64,000 nt of DNA from Octopus sinensis (taxonomy: Eukaryota), in contig NW_021832417.1 of assembly GCF_006345805.1 (NCBI RefSeq), positions 62,001 through 126,000 of the forward strand, read 5' to 3'. The notes under the pieces are model-generated. The model ran no database searches, was not told where the DNA came from, and saw only the letters and a program-made list of their open reading frames with translations. Below, piece after piece: positions 25,006-37,317 of this stretch (the stretch's first letter is position 1; each line of letters begins with the position of its first letter). The translations under genes were made by a program, and so were the position numbers.

Positions 25006-27032
25006 ATAATAAAAGAGAAAATGATAGAAATAAAATAAAGTGCAATGATTTCTAACATAGGTATGATATCTGAGCCAGTAAAATCTGCTGTTAAATTTCA
25101 GTCTTTTTCACTATCTCATCACTTTGACTACATTATTATTAGATTTGTAAAAGTTATAAGCATCACAACTTCTACTTCCCTTTTGCCTTTAAGTAGATCA
25201 TATCAGAACACTATGTGATTGGTTACTGAGCCACATGTATTTTTCAGATTTTTAGTCAAAATTACTTCACTTACATTGGCAATGATCTTGAAAGTGTCAA
25301 TTTCCCTTTCCATATCCCATGAAAATTCCAAGCATTGTCTCTCTTTTACCTGTATTAAGACATTTGTCTTTGCCCATGTTGGAGCATTAAGATGATAAAA
25401 CAATATATATTCAACATTTTTATGTTTTTGGAAAAATTGTATCCAAGATTTCCCATATAAATAGCTATTCTATTTATGAAATATTTACTGGCGTTATTAC
25501 AATAACAACTGACTTTTCTTTGAACAGTCAACCTCAACTTCTATATATTTGTTTGACTTTAGTCCCATCTGATTGGTGTATAGGAATCCTACAACAGAAA
25601 GTAATGGTTTTGATGTTCAAACCCACACAAGGGACATGCATGTGTTGCTCCTGATGATGATTAAAGACTTAATTGATTGAAACATACCAATGTTGCAGAC
25701 AAACATACAAAAGACAGAGTTAATAGTCCAAAGAATTCAAGTTATTATATTTTGCTCATATAATTCTAAACTTTTAATACTTTTCTCAGTATAAAGAAAA
25801 GGGCAAAGAAAAATAATTGCCTTGTTTAAAAAGTATTTATTGTTAATATGCAAAACTAAGCGATAATCATAAGAGTAAATAGTTCTGTCACAAGTTTTGA
25901 ATTGCCTTGTTACTCTACACATATTAATCATTATTTACTATGTTCCATCAGATGCCTTAGATATACTAGCATACATTCAAATAATATTGATGTTTACAAC
26001 AAGGAAACTGAAAGTCTCCATAGAGAATTTCAGAACAAACTAAGTTAAAACGATCAAATGAATGTAGAAAATACAAGAATATCAGTGAAATTATTTTGCA
26101 AATGATTGTATGAAAAAATGGTAATTATGTTTGAAAAGCTATGATTTGATTCCTGTAAGTCTGCTTTCCTTGAAAGGTCTGTTAGTCGTATAATCAAGTT
26201 TAGTTAAAAATATGTTATTAGGTCATTAATACTAGTTCCTTCGAGACATAGATTTCTGCTGTCCAACAACACCCACCTCAAAAAAAACAAAAAAAAAAAA
26301 TCTAAATAACTCATATATATGAAAAAGCAAAAACATAAAGTAAAATCTGATTATAAAGATTCAAGATACTTAAAGACAATTTATTTTTTGTAGAGTGATA
26401 CATATAGTATTAAAACTTTCTGTTCATTCGGTGTTTCTGTTATATTTTCATTTTTTTTTTCTTCCACCATTTTTTAAATTTCTCCACTCACTCAAAATAT
26501 ATCAATGAATCAAATCTGTTATTGCCTTCTCTGTTCTCTCCCCATTTCTTTTAGCTTTAGGTGCCCATTCTCCAATTTTTGTCAAAACTGTCCAATTCAT
26601 CACCACCTCCCTCTGGCTTCTGTCTTGTTCTCCCTCTCTCTCCCTCCCCCTCCTTCTCTCTCTATATATATGTATGTATGTATGTTATGTATTATATACA
26701 CATATACATAAGTGTGTGTATGTGTCCCTTTTTTCCTTTTCTATTTATTTTAAACTATTTAACAGAAGAGATTTTTATAAAAGCTTTCTCTTCTCTGCAT
26801 ACACACACACAAATATGCATGTATGTGCATGCACATGTACATAACACACCAGTTACACACAGATTTATGCACATATATAACTGCATATATATGAATATGT
26901 ATGTATACATTTATGAGTGTTCATCTATATATGTAGATATATCTTTGTTTTGTACACACATATACATGTGTGCGCATGTGTGTGTGTGTTTGTATATATA
27001 TGTGTGTTTACACACACACACATATGTATATA

Positions 27033-27177
27033 GGTGCAAGCATGGCTGTAAGGTTAAGAAGTTTACTTCTCAGGTGCATAGATTTTGCCCATTGCATAAC
27101 ACTGCACCTAGGGCAAATGTCTTCTGGTATAGTCCCAAGCCAACCAAAGCCTTATGAGTAGATTTGTTAGAAGCCTT
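27033..27177 (+). mobile_element. SINE family A head, decayed
   Basis: gcatggctgtaaggttaagaag...gggcaaatgtcttct...accaaagcctt. Confidence 0.65.
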
Positions 27178-30004
27178 TCACATGCACAAACGTACACATA
27201 CACACAAGCTTTATGTGAGTGTGTGTTACTTGTATGAGAACTAAAATGCAAGTAGTGAAATGTGGTTCTCTCATTATTGCAGCATTGTAGTTCTCGCACA
27301 GGCACCATTTACACACACAAACACATACATACCTCCCACTCACATACTCACATATACACCTATACACCCACCTCACATAAACATATATACACCAATACAC
27401 ATACTCACAGTCATACATACACACACACACACATATACATAGCTAGGTACATAGGTAGATATAAGTAGATATAAGTAGATAGTAAAGGGATAAATATATC
27501 TCTCTTATTCCATTCAAGCAAAGCTTTTAAGCTCAATCTTTTTTTTTTTTAAAGTCAATTCCTTTAGTTTATCTACCTAGTATTGATTGTATACTATCTT
27601 ATAATTAACCTTTTATATTACTTTTACTTTTTTCTTGAACCCTGCTATTCCAAAATATATTCTCATGGTGAATATTATCTTTTTCACAATTATCATTTTA
27701 TTTCTCATTTTCTTTTTAATTTACCTTTTGTTTGCTCTTCAATATCTCTCCTTACTGAAATTTTCTTTCACATTCAATAGGTTTTATTGCCAATTTTATT
27801 TATCACTTCCATATTTCTTTTTAAATCTCATGGTTTATGTAAGACATATAATGGCTAAGAGGCTGGATTAGTGGATACATGGTCATATCTTCAAACATTA
27901 TTGATTCAGTTTCTTTATTGTACCATTGGAGCAAAGCAGATAATTCTTTCTTCAGACTACTTGGTTGATAGTAGTTTCCATTTCTACTTCACATATGTTA
28001 CATCCGATTTAATACCACTGCAAGTTTGTATTTTATGATATTCTCACTTTGTTATATTAAGATAAGTCACCCACCATCTCCAAATGGGAGGTTGTTTTTA
28101 CACACCACTGCAGCACTTGCAAAATGTCTATCAAGAAAGTAAATGATGTTTTTTTTTCAGTTTTTTTTTTTTTTTTGCATTGCAAGCTCTCTTCCAGCAT
28201 TGCCACTGACCTTTCTGGTCTACTCACTAACTTTACACAGTTCTCCTATTTACCACTCCTACACAGAAATAATTCTGTAAGTAGCATTTCTGTGAATAAA
28301 ATCGCCATACTGACAGCCTATTTTTCTGCAAAACCACTGCACACACACACACAGAGGCATATACACATACACACACACAGAGGCATATACACATACACAC
28401 ATATAAACACTCATACAAACACACACAGGTATATACACAACATATACACAAACACACATACATACACACACACATACAGAAGCATATACACAACACACAC
28501 AAATACACATACACACACACATCAACAATAACAACAATCACAAAATATCCTATATTGTACATCTCCTCCCCTTGTGAACATAGTTATGAAATGGAAAACT
28601 TCTCCAGTTACTCATATTCAACATAAAGACCATTCCCTGTGATGTTCAAATATATTAGCCTCATTTATTCATTCCAGAGTTAATTTATGTTCTTACCAAA
28701 TTCTTCAATGCTTCTCTTTCAAGCAAGATATATCTTGGGCTTTGGAAATACATTATACCATGTCTCATTCCCCACAAAGGCAACCTCTCCAATCCTGCCA
28801 ATCATTGATGTAAAACACTGATTTCCAACATCACTGAATGGAGAAAAGTAGAAGTAAATAAACAATCCTGTTTCCAATTAGAGTTTCTTTATCCAGGGGA
28901 TGCAGATATAATTTCTAAATCTATTTAGTTCTTGATCTTCTGTCACGCATCACTAGTTATTGCTCTTGATAACCCAGGTGAAAGTGATGTTACTGCTCAT
29001 GACAGTAAAACCACTAATCATGCTTGAGTTAAGTTCTTTCTTATTTATTATATTTATTCTTTTTTTTTCTGCTTAGAAAAAAAAAAAAAAGGTTAGTGTC
29101 CATGCCCCTTCTTAGTGCCTCTGAAACTAGTGGGAGTAAATAATCCTCTGAGTGGAAATATGGCCCAATTGCTTGTACTTGAGTAGATTCTGCCAAAGTG
29201 TACCTGTTAGTAGGCTGGTGATATTAAGCCAAGGAATCAACTCTTCCACCAAAATGCTTGCTTAAATTGCCTGCTGCTTCTCAAAGTTCCTGTAATAGTC
29301 ATCTCCAACACAATTTTATCAACTCTGATGCACACTCTGTGTTGGTTATTTTTTCTGCACTCTTAAGTCTATTCAGAAATGGCATACTTGTAACTTCTAT
29401 AACAACACTCCTACACAGAGGAAATGTATAAATTGCTGAGTTAGTGGAGTAAAAGGGAAAAAAAACAAAAAACTATTGTAGTGTGAGTAGAACTAATTTC
29501 TACTTTTAACTTTTGTTAAAATGCAGAAACTTTGTTCCTAATGAAATAAAACCAGTATTTTACAGAACAAGTGGTAACCTGCCAGCATGTTCAATTCAAA
29601 ATGGGCTTTTAGTTCTTTGTAGAAGCCATTTCACTTCATCTGTACATGTTTATACTCTTGAGAAATGATGCAACTACTTTTCTCCTTTTCCTTTTGCATA
29701 TGAACATTTAGACTAGTCAACAAAAGCCATTATTCTGTGTGGGTTTTCTGTCAAGTTGTTGATGGTGGCGTTGTTTAACAGCTGGTCATCAGCAGCTAGT
29801 AAAATTATGATAAATGATGTTTCAGACATAAGTTATCTATGACTGCATTATCCAATGTCTTTTCTTTTGTCAGATATTAGGCTATAATTTGAGATTTAGC
29901 TGCTATTTTTAGCAGATAACTTTGTTCTAAAAGGCTACTAGATCTACCTTCATGATGATGTCTGAGTATTAGGGACTAGAGCATGACTGTTATGGTTCTC
30001 TATC

Positions 30005-30420
30005 TATCCATCCATGTATCTTCTCCAGCCGCTGTTCCTAGGAGGATCATAGGAGCTGAGCCCTCAGACACTTCGTTCAAAGGGTCCTATCGAAAACAAC
30101 CATCTTTAGACTTTTTGGATGGATTCACAAATGTGACCAAGTGAGATTTTCTGAATGAATTCACAAGGATGATCAACTGAGATTATGGATTTTATTCAAC
30201 CATCTCATTCTTGGTCTACTCCTAAGTCTCCTGCTGGCTGGCTCAGCTTGAAGAATCTGTATTGTGGTTCTTTCCAATGACATTCTAAATAGATATCTGT
30301 TGTACTGAAGCTGTGGCCTCTCAATGTACTGATGTAGCAGCTTGACCAGGAGAGACATCCTATTCTCCTTGCGATCATGCATATAAAAGTGCTTATCAGT
30401 ATCCATACAGTTTTTGGTTC
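30005..30420 (-). mobile_element. RTE-like LINE 3' fragment
   Basis: ORF 30173-30406 ends ...RRLRSRPRMRWLNKI (cf. RPRGRPRTRWLD); tggatggatag tail. Confidence 0.5.
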
Positions 30421-30634
30421 ACGATCAATTTTATGGCATTGCTGTTACAATAGTTAAGGGCAATACCTTATGGTAGCTATGAACTAAAGTGGACAAAGGA
30501 GTTGGGATTTAAATGTCTTGGCCATGAATACAAAGCAGTAAACTATATCATTCTATAATACCTATATACACCTAAGATGACTGAGTTGTTAAAGTGTTTT
30601 TTAGCAATATACACATTTTGGTGAACTATAAAGC

Positions 30635-30844
30635 AGTGACCTGGCAGAATCATTACCATGCCGGGCAAAATACTTAATGGCATTTCGTCAGTCTTTATGT
30701 TCCGAGTTCAAATTCCACCAAGGTTGACTACGCCTTTCATTCCTTCAGGGTCGATTAAATGAATACCAGTTGAACACTGGGGTCGATGTAATTGACTTAT
30801 CTCCACTTTGAAATTACTGGCCTTGTGCCAAAATTTGAAACCAA
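30635..30844 (+). mobile_element. SINE family B
   Basis: ctggcagaatcattaccatgccgggcaaaat...gagttcaaattcc...ggccttgtgccaaaatttgaaacc. Confidence 0.85.
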
Positions 30845-30996
30845 GATGCACATTTTGGTGAGCTATACCAATCTACGGTACCTTCTTACAGCTAGAGGGA
30901 CTGGAATGCTGGGAGTTAAATGTCTTGACCTTGAACACATAGTGTTAGTGTCAAGGTATGAACCCTTGACATTTTGTCTGTGTTATCATAGCCCTT

Positions 30997-31036
<40 letters not shown>

Positions 31037-31380
31037 TGATTAATATATCACTGACTAAATTGGCTGTTTGTTTTTATAAGTTTTCCATATCAGATCATCG
31101 ATCTTACACTGTTTGACCAATGAATCAGTAGTTTTTGATGAGATCTTTATGCTTTGTATCAGAGTTTTCTTTTATATATTTAATATTTTAAAAATTCTTT
31201 ATAACTTTCTGTATTGTGAACTTTTCTCCAGAATATAATAACTATGGTGAGCAGAGGTTACGTCAGCAGTGATTTATGTAGCGGACATCAAAAACCAAAT
31301 TTTGTTGCATGATGTGGTGTGGGAGGATATTGAATGTCAGAAGAAGGAGAAACAAAGAAAAAAATATGGCAAAAAGAATA

Positions 31381-31452
31381 GATGATGAGAAGAAAATGAA
31401 GAAGAAGAAGAAGAAGAAGAAGAAGAAGAAGAAGAAGAAGAAGAAGAAGAAA
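31381..31452. repeat. (GAA)n tract within a long purine-biased stretch (31330-31780)
   Basis: Direct reading. Confidence 0.95.
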
Positions 31453-32399
31453 ATGGAAAAGGAAAGAGGTGTGAGGGTAGGAGAGATGATTAGTTGAAAG
31501 AAAATCAAGGAAGAGACGGAGAAATGGATTTTTAAGAGCAACAATTCCAAATCAACCAGAAAATGCATAGATTGAATTTGAAAAAAAAAAAAAGAAAAAG
31601 GTAAAAGAAAACAAAAATCAAACAAACCAAAAACAACAACTCTATCTGCCATTTGATAATTACAAAGCATTGAAGAGATTACAAAAATGAATAAATAAAA
31701 AAAAACAAATGATATAAAAGAAATCAAATAAAACAAATAGAAATATATAAATAAATAGATGGTGAAATAAATAAAATATTCTTCCATTGTTTTCTGGAAT
31801 TGATGTTAGGATATTAGCAAAGGACTGCTAACCTTGCTTTGATTAATTATCAAGTTGTCGGAAGTTTCGGCAGACTTTGTTCATAGGGTGTGAGTTTATT
31901 GGTTAGCCAAAGAGTTAATGGTTCAGATCACTATAATAAATTCTGCCCTGTGTTTACTTAACTCTCATTCTCCTCACTTCTAAGTCTATCATTATGTAAA
32001 TACATATAATGAGGTGGGGTGAAGCATGAGTTCAGGTGACTAAAATGGGCCTTTCTTGAATGACATTTCCAGGAAAGAAATAATTAAATGAATTTATGCA
32101 ATGTAGATGAATGATGAATAAATTACACACTCATTAGTTTGATGTTCATCTGCTTCCTTCTCTGACACTTTCTCTGTAACTCTTGTCTTTATCTCTACCA
32201 TATGTGTGTGTGCATGTGAGTATGAGACTGTGTTAATCCTTTAGCATTTAAATTGGCCTTACATGACCCAAATATTCTACCTGTTCTATGTTCAAACCAG
32301 CCAGCTGCAGCCACTAATACCTATCCCATATTGTCATTCTAAAAATATGCAATCACGTCATCAAAATCCAATAGTACAATAGTATGGCCAATACTGCAA

Positions 32400-32687
32400 C
32401 TGTGATACTGTTCCAGTGGCATGTAAAAAACAAACACCATCTGAATGTGGTCAATGCCAGCACTGCCTTGACTGGCATCCGTGCCGGTGGCATGTAAAAA
32501 AGCACCACCCAATCATGGACGTTGCCAGCCTCCTCTGGCCCCTGTGCCAGTAGCATGTAAATAGCACCCACTACACTCATGGAGTAGTTGGCATTAGGAA
32601 GGGCATCCAGCTGTAGAAACACTGCCAGATCAGACTGGAGCCTGGTGCAGCCTCCTGGCTTCCCAGACCCCAGTCGACTGGGGTCTG
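32400..32687 (+). mobile_element. Repeat family C (RTE 3' UTR-like) with the tail replaced by a palindrome
   Basis: ggtggcatgtaaaaaagcacc units and ttggcattaggaagggcatccagctgtagaaac core. Confidence 0.8.
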
Positions 32688-32719
32688 CTGTTGACATTGA
32701 GTAGCAAGGTCCTTTCCTC

Positions 32720-33290
32720 CTCCATATCCTAGAGAGGCCTTAAACCAACAGGTTTTGGGATCTGATAATATGCCAGAAAGCTAAGGGCTTTATAGATGGG
32801 AAACCCAGGGTAATCCCATAAACTGGCCTTATCTAACTTTATATATATATATATATATATACACTCGACTTTCAACTCAAGATCACAGAGGAAGGTTCCA
32901 TATTTACCAAATTCTACAGAAAAGCCACTAATAGGAAACTTTTCATCCACTACCAACCAACCAATCAGCCTTACCCACCAGAGCCAAAGTCACATACATG
33001 AGAAACAAAATTGCGCTTATAAACAACAATCACAGCAAAGTTACCGATAAAGTCGTCAACACCAAGCAGTTCCTCAGAGACTTAACCCTGAATGGCTACC
33101 CACCATCTTTAGCTAAACAACAGCACATAAAGAACTTAGGAAGCACAACTAGAAAACTGCATATATGCTTTAAGGAACACATGCAGGCAGGCACTTCTGT
33201 GAAGAAGAAACATCTACAGAAATGCCAGACCTGGGAATTCACAGTGCACACAAATGCATGTCTTAATCTATCTTATGAAGGTATTTAATT
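32720..33290 (+). mobile_element. Penelope-like RT/GIY-YIG fragment with internal deletions
   Basis: MGNP..HKLA.SNF, LDFQLKITEEGSIFTKFYRK, LTLNGYPP, LGSTTRKLHICFKEH. Confidence 0.7.
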
Positions 33291-33731
33291 ACTGATAATG
33301 CTCAACAACTAATTAAAAATAAGCCAGAGCTACAACCTATGTATATGTGAAATAAACAGATGCAAAAATGAGTCTCAAATTTACCTACATAAAGAAAATA
33401 TATGTATACTACCCATATGTTATTTAAAATTTTCTTATTTCACATTTGTCCTTGCAGGATACTCGTGGGTGGAGTGTTATAATGCTGTTTAGCTGTAAAT
33501 AAATCTAAATTTGTCATTATCTTGTCAATTAATCATGGATTATTTCTAAAGTTTCGCTGTCATTGCCCTATGTTTTGATGATCAATATGAAATCTCACAA
33601 GAATATTTTGGGTTCATGTTACTGTTAAAATATCAAACCATTCATATCTATGACAATGATTTTCTACCCAGTTCTCTTATTAGATAGGAATGATGTAAAA
33701 ATTGTGTTATTAATATTCAGTATAATCTAAT

Positions 33732-33920
33732 ATGCCTGGCAAAATGCTTAGTGGTATTGCATCCATCTTCACATTCTTAGTTCAAATTCTGCCAAAGTCA
33801 ACTTTGCCTTTCATCCTTTCAGGGTCAACAAAATAAGTACCAGTTGAGCACTGGGATCGATATAATCGACTTACCCACTCACTTGAAATTACTGGCCTTA
33901 TGCCAAAATTTGAAATCAAT
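33732..33920 (+). mobile_element. SINE family B
   Basis: gttcaaattctgccaaagtcaactttgcctttcatcctttcagggtc...aagtaccagttgagcactggg. Confidence 0.85.
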
Positions 33921-34042
33921 ATTCAATGTAATCTTTAGGAGGTCAGTGGTTAAAGGAAAATTAGGTATGGGCTGAGTTTCAGAGAGGTTTCAGCTTTACA
34001 GTAAAAAAGAAGTCTGAACAATGTTTTACACAGGATCTAGGG

Positions 34043-34206
34043 CAGGCATGGGTAACCTTTTGTGAGAAGTGGGACACTTGAGATATTGCTCATCATCAGG
34101 CAGGCTGCACTTCTGAAAGTATTAAAAGGAATTTTTCCTTAGGTATGCCATTCAGAAAGTCCCATGGGCTGTATTTGCCCTGTGGACTGCAGTTTGCCCA
34201 TGACTG
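34043..34206 (+). mobile_element. hAT-type MITE
   Basis: TIRs caggcatgggtaac / tttgcccatgactg; degenerate 8-bp flanks atctaggg and gtttaggc resembling the NTCTAGAN target. Confidence 0.7.
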
Positions 34207-34333
34207 GTTTAGGCTATGTGATTTAGAGAGATGAGAGGTAAATATGGCAAATAAGTTTATGCAGAGGATGCATGCAATCAGCAAATTCAGAAAAGTAGAA
34301 GCAATAATAGTGGGAGTAAAAAAAGGAGGTGGT

Positions 34334-34375
<42 letters not shown>

Positions 34376-35720
34376 TTGGTGAGAGAAGTTTGTTTATCAA
34401 GCAGAAGCTCTAATCTAGCCTTCTATCAACCAGAATATAATAAGACCAGTTCACTATTTATAAATTTACTTAATGAAAATATATTTTCAGAATACCTGCC
34501 AGCCAGTTTCTGTTTTTCTCCCTCTTTCTCTGTATGTTTTATTTCTTTCACAGATTATATTTTGTTCTGATTATCTTAAATTCTTCAATTTTATTTCTAT
34601 TTAAAATAATAGTATTTCTATGTTGCTTATTTTAATGGCAAACAAAAACTATTTTTGTCATTATAAAATCAATTAATCACAAATATTAAAAAAAATAATA
34701 TCATTGGCCATGTCTTGATGATGATCTATAAGAAATTCCACATGAATATTTTGGAGGTCATTTCACAATTAAAATCTCAAACTTTTCATATTTATGATAC
34801 TAATTTTCTACTCATTTCTCTTTTTCTTTTTCTCAACTTTTCTCTTCTTGCCTTCCTTGTATCTCTTTCCCCACACCTCTTTCATCTTCACCGTCATATC
34901 AATTATTTTGTATCTCCTTGGCTTATGTCAGACAAATAATCTATAATTTGCCATACATATTTATGTTTTCTTTCTTGTTTCTGCAAATCTTGGCAACCAT
35001 TAAAAATAAAAACGGTTATGTTTTTTTAAAAAAAAGTAAATAAGTTACTTTTTGTTTGTTGTTAGCTGCATATTTTATCATCTCATTGTTCAAATTTATA
35101 ATATATTTCTGTATATTTTTACCAACTTTAGAATATAATTTTTTAATTTTTGTTTTTACCCACGTTTATCTATAGAATATATCTCTTGCAGATTATATAT
35201 TTTCCTCCAAAATAAAAGCTTATAGTAAATATTTAATTATGCGATTGAAACAATTTCAAAGAATAATTATTTTATTGTTATTTGTATAAACATTTTGCAA
35301 AATTAAGGTATATATTTACTTAGTTTATTTGGGGATCACAATTAATATCACCTCACTTTAAAGAATTTTATGCATCTTGTATGAGTGTGTGTGCATGTGT
35401 GTGTGTGTGTGCATTGGATATTGTTATCAAAATTTTCACTACGAAGATTAAAAGAAAAATCTTCCAACTACTATTGTAGGTGCATGGTGTTGATGATGGT
35501 GGTGAGAAGATGTGAGTGTGTGTGTGTGTGTGTTTGTGTGTGCCACAGAACCTCCTAAAAGTAGGCACCAATACCTTAGTGTTATCTAAGCAAGATAAGA
35601 TTATTTATGAAGAATCAGAATATTGAAACTAAGATGTAAATATATACATCTACAAATCCCAATCATCAGCTGCCAATCAGATATCACTATGGCTTCAACA
35701 CTATGCATATACCATATAGT

Positions 35721-35754
<34 letters not shown>

Positions 35755-35774
35755 TTAAGAAATGGAGTTAAATG

Positions 35775-35934
35775 CAGGTGTTATTCAAATCTTTATACTT
35801 CCGACTTGTTTTGAAAAAGCATTGATATTATTCTGGAGGGAATAAAATGATGATTGCATTGTTTTACATAATTTTATTCCCTCCAGAATAATATCAATGT
35901 TTTCTTCAAAGTATAAAGATTTGAATAACACCTG
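35775..35934. repeat. Long fold-back element (MITE-like) with perfect 26-bp and 29-bp stems
   Basis: 35775-35800 pairs perfectly with 35909-35934; 35820-35848 pairs perfectly with 35871-35899. Confidence 0.9.
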
Positions 35935-36194
35935 TGTTTAACTCTATTTCTTAATTCATCTGTCATACAAAAACATTTCACTTAATCAGGAATTTCTACC
36001 TTTATAAGTAGGCTGTAACATCCTTGGCACTAATGTGAATTTTTGCTACCCTGGTAACTATTTATTTATTTTTTCCATGTTATTTGTACACATTGAAAAA
36101 TACACACACAACACATATATATATGAAAATTATAAATAATAAGGGTGGCATGTTCACAATTATTCATATTTACATATTTAGTGAAGTATATATG

Positions 36195-36248
<54 letters not shown>

Positions 36249-36412
36249 TACACACACACACACACACAAACACACATACACATATATGTATGTCTTTTTA
36301 ACTTAGAAGAAGCTATTTATTATAATCAGAGACAATGTTATCAAACAGTTATTCCTATTAAAATAAGTGGAACCCAAATGTTTCATTTGAAATGAATTAA
36401 AAAATTCACACC

Positions 36413-36976
36413 TACAAGGATGGGCAGAAAAGTTCATAGGCTGTCTATGAAGAAGTGATGCTACAGCTGTGCATTAATTAATCTTGCATGCATTAATTTC
36501 AAACCTTCTTATTAACAATTGCATTATTTTTTTCAGGTAAACTGTTCAAAGAAGACTTCAAAAGCAACTAGTAGGGACTTCTTTTGAAAATGGACGAAAT
36601 TTGGCATTGCACTTTTATCAAGTACCAATAGGAAAAGGGTTTAGCCCTGATGGGCATTCATGCTGACTTGGTTGCTACATTAGGGGATAACATTCTAACT
36701 TTGTCAACAGTGCAAAAGTGGGCAGCTGAATTTAAGAGGGGAATAGGGAGTCTTGAAGATGACCCAGGGTTAAGACATCCTGTAACTATAACCACCACAG
36801 TTGACTTTTTGGACCAACAGGTCAAAAGCTTCTTCACCAAAGGGATCCAAGCACTGCAACACAAATGGAAGAAATATGTGGACTGTAAAGGGGATTATGT
36901 TGAAAAATGAGCTTCAGTTGATCACATTTCATGAGAATATCCTGGTCAGTCTATGAAATTTTCAACACTTCACATA
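36413..36976 (+). mobile_element. Internally deleted mariner (irritans-like), non-autonomous
   Basis: Degenerate TIRs with TA. ORF 36650-36910 joins the HTH region (LSTVQKWAAEFKRG...SLEDDP) to the C-terminus (FFTKGIQALQHKWKKYVDCKGDYVEK). Confidence 0.85.
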
Positions 36977-37278
36977 TTAGAATCAAAGGTTCTAATATTG
37001 TTATATATTCTGTTTAATCTTATCAACCAGTTATTATTATCAAAAAAATTTACTCCAAATAATAAGTAACTTCCATAGAATGCCACTCTCACAATACAAG
37101 TGATATTCGTACATGTATACATACAGATGTATGCATACATACACATGTATGCATACTCACACACATGCACGCACACACACACACACACATACACACGAGT
37201 AACCTAAATTATGATTATATGTAAACATTGCTTAGCGCATTTACTGAATATATGAATATATATATATATATATATGTA

Positions 37279-37317
<39 letters not shown>

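Noticed and set aside
31263-31787. Poly-Lys/poly-Phe ORFs
   Set aside because: (GAA)n tract; no domain content.
33458-33520. Good acceptor (ttgtccttgcag) suggesting a terminal exon
   Set aside because: All three frames stop within 15 codons and there is no supporting upstream exon.
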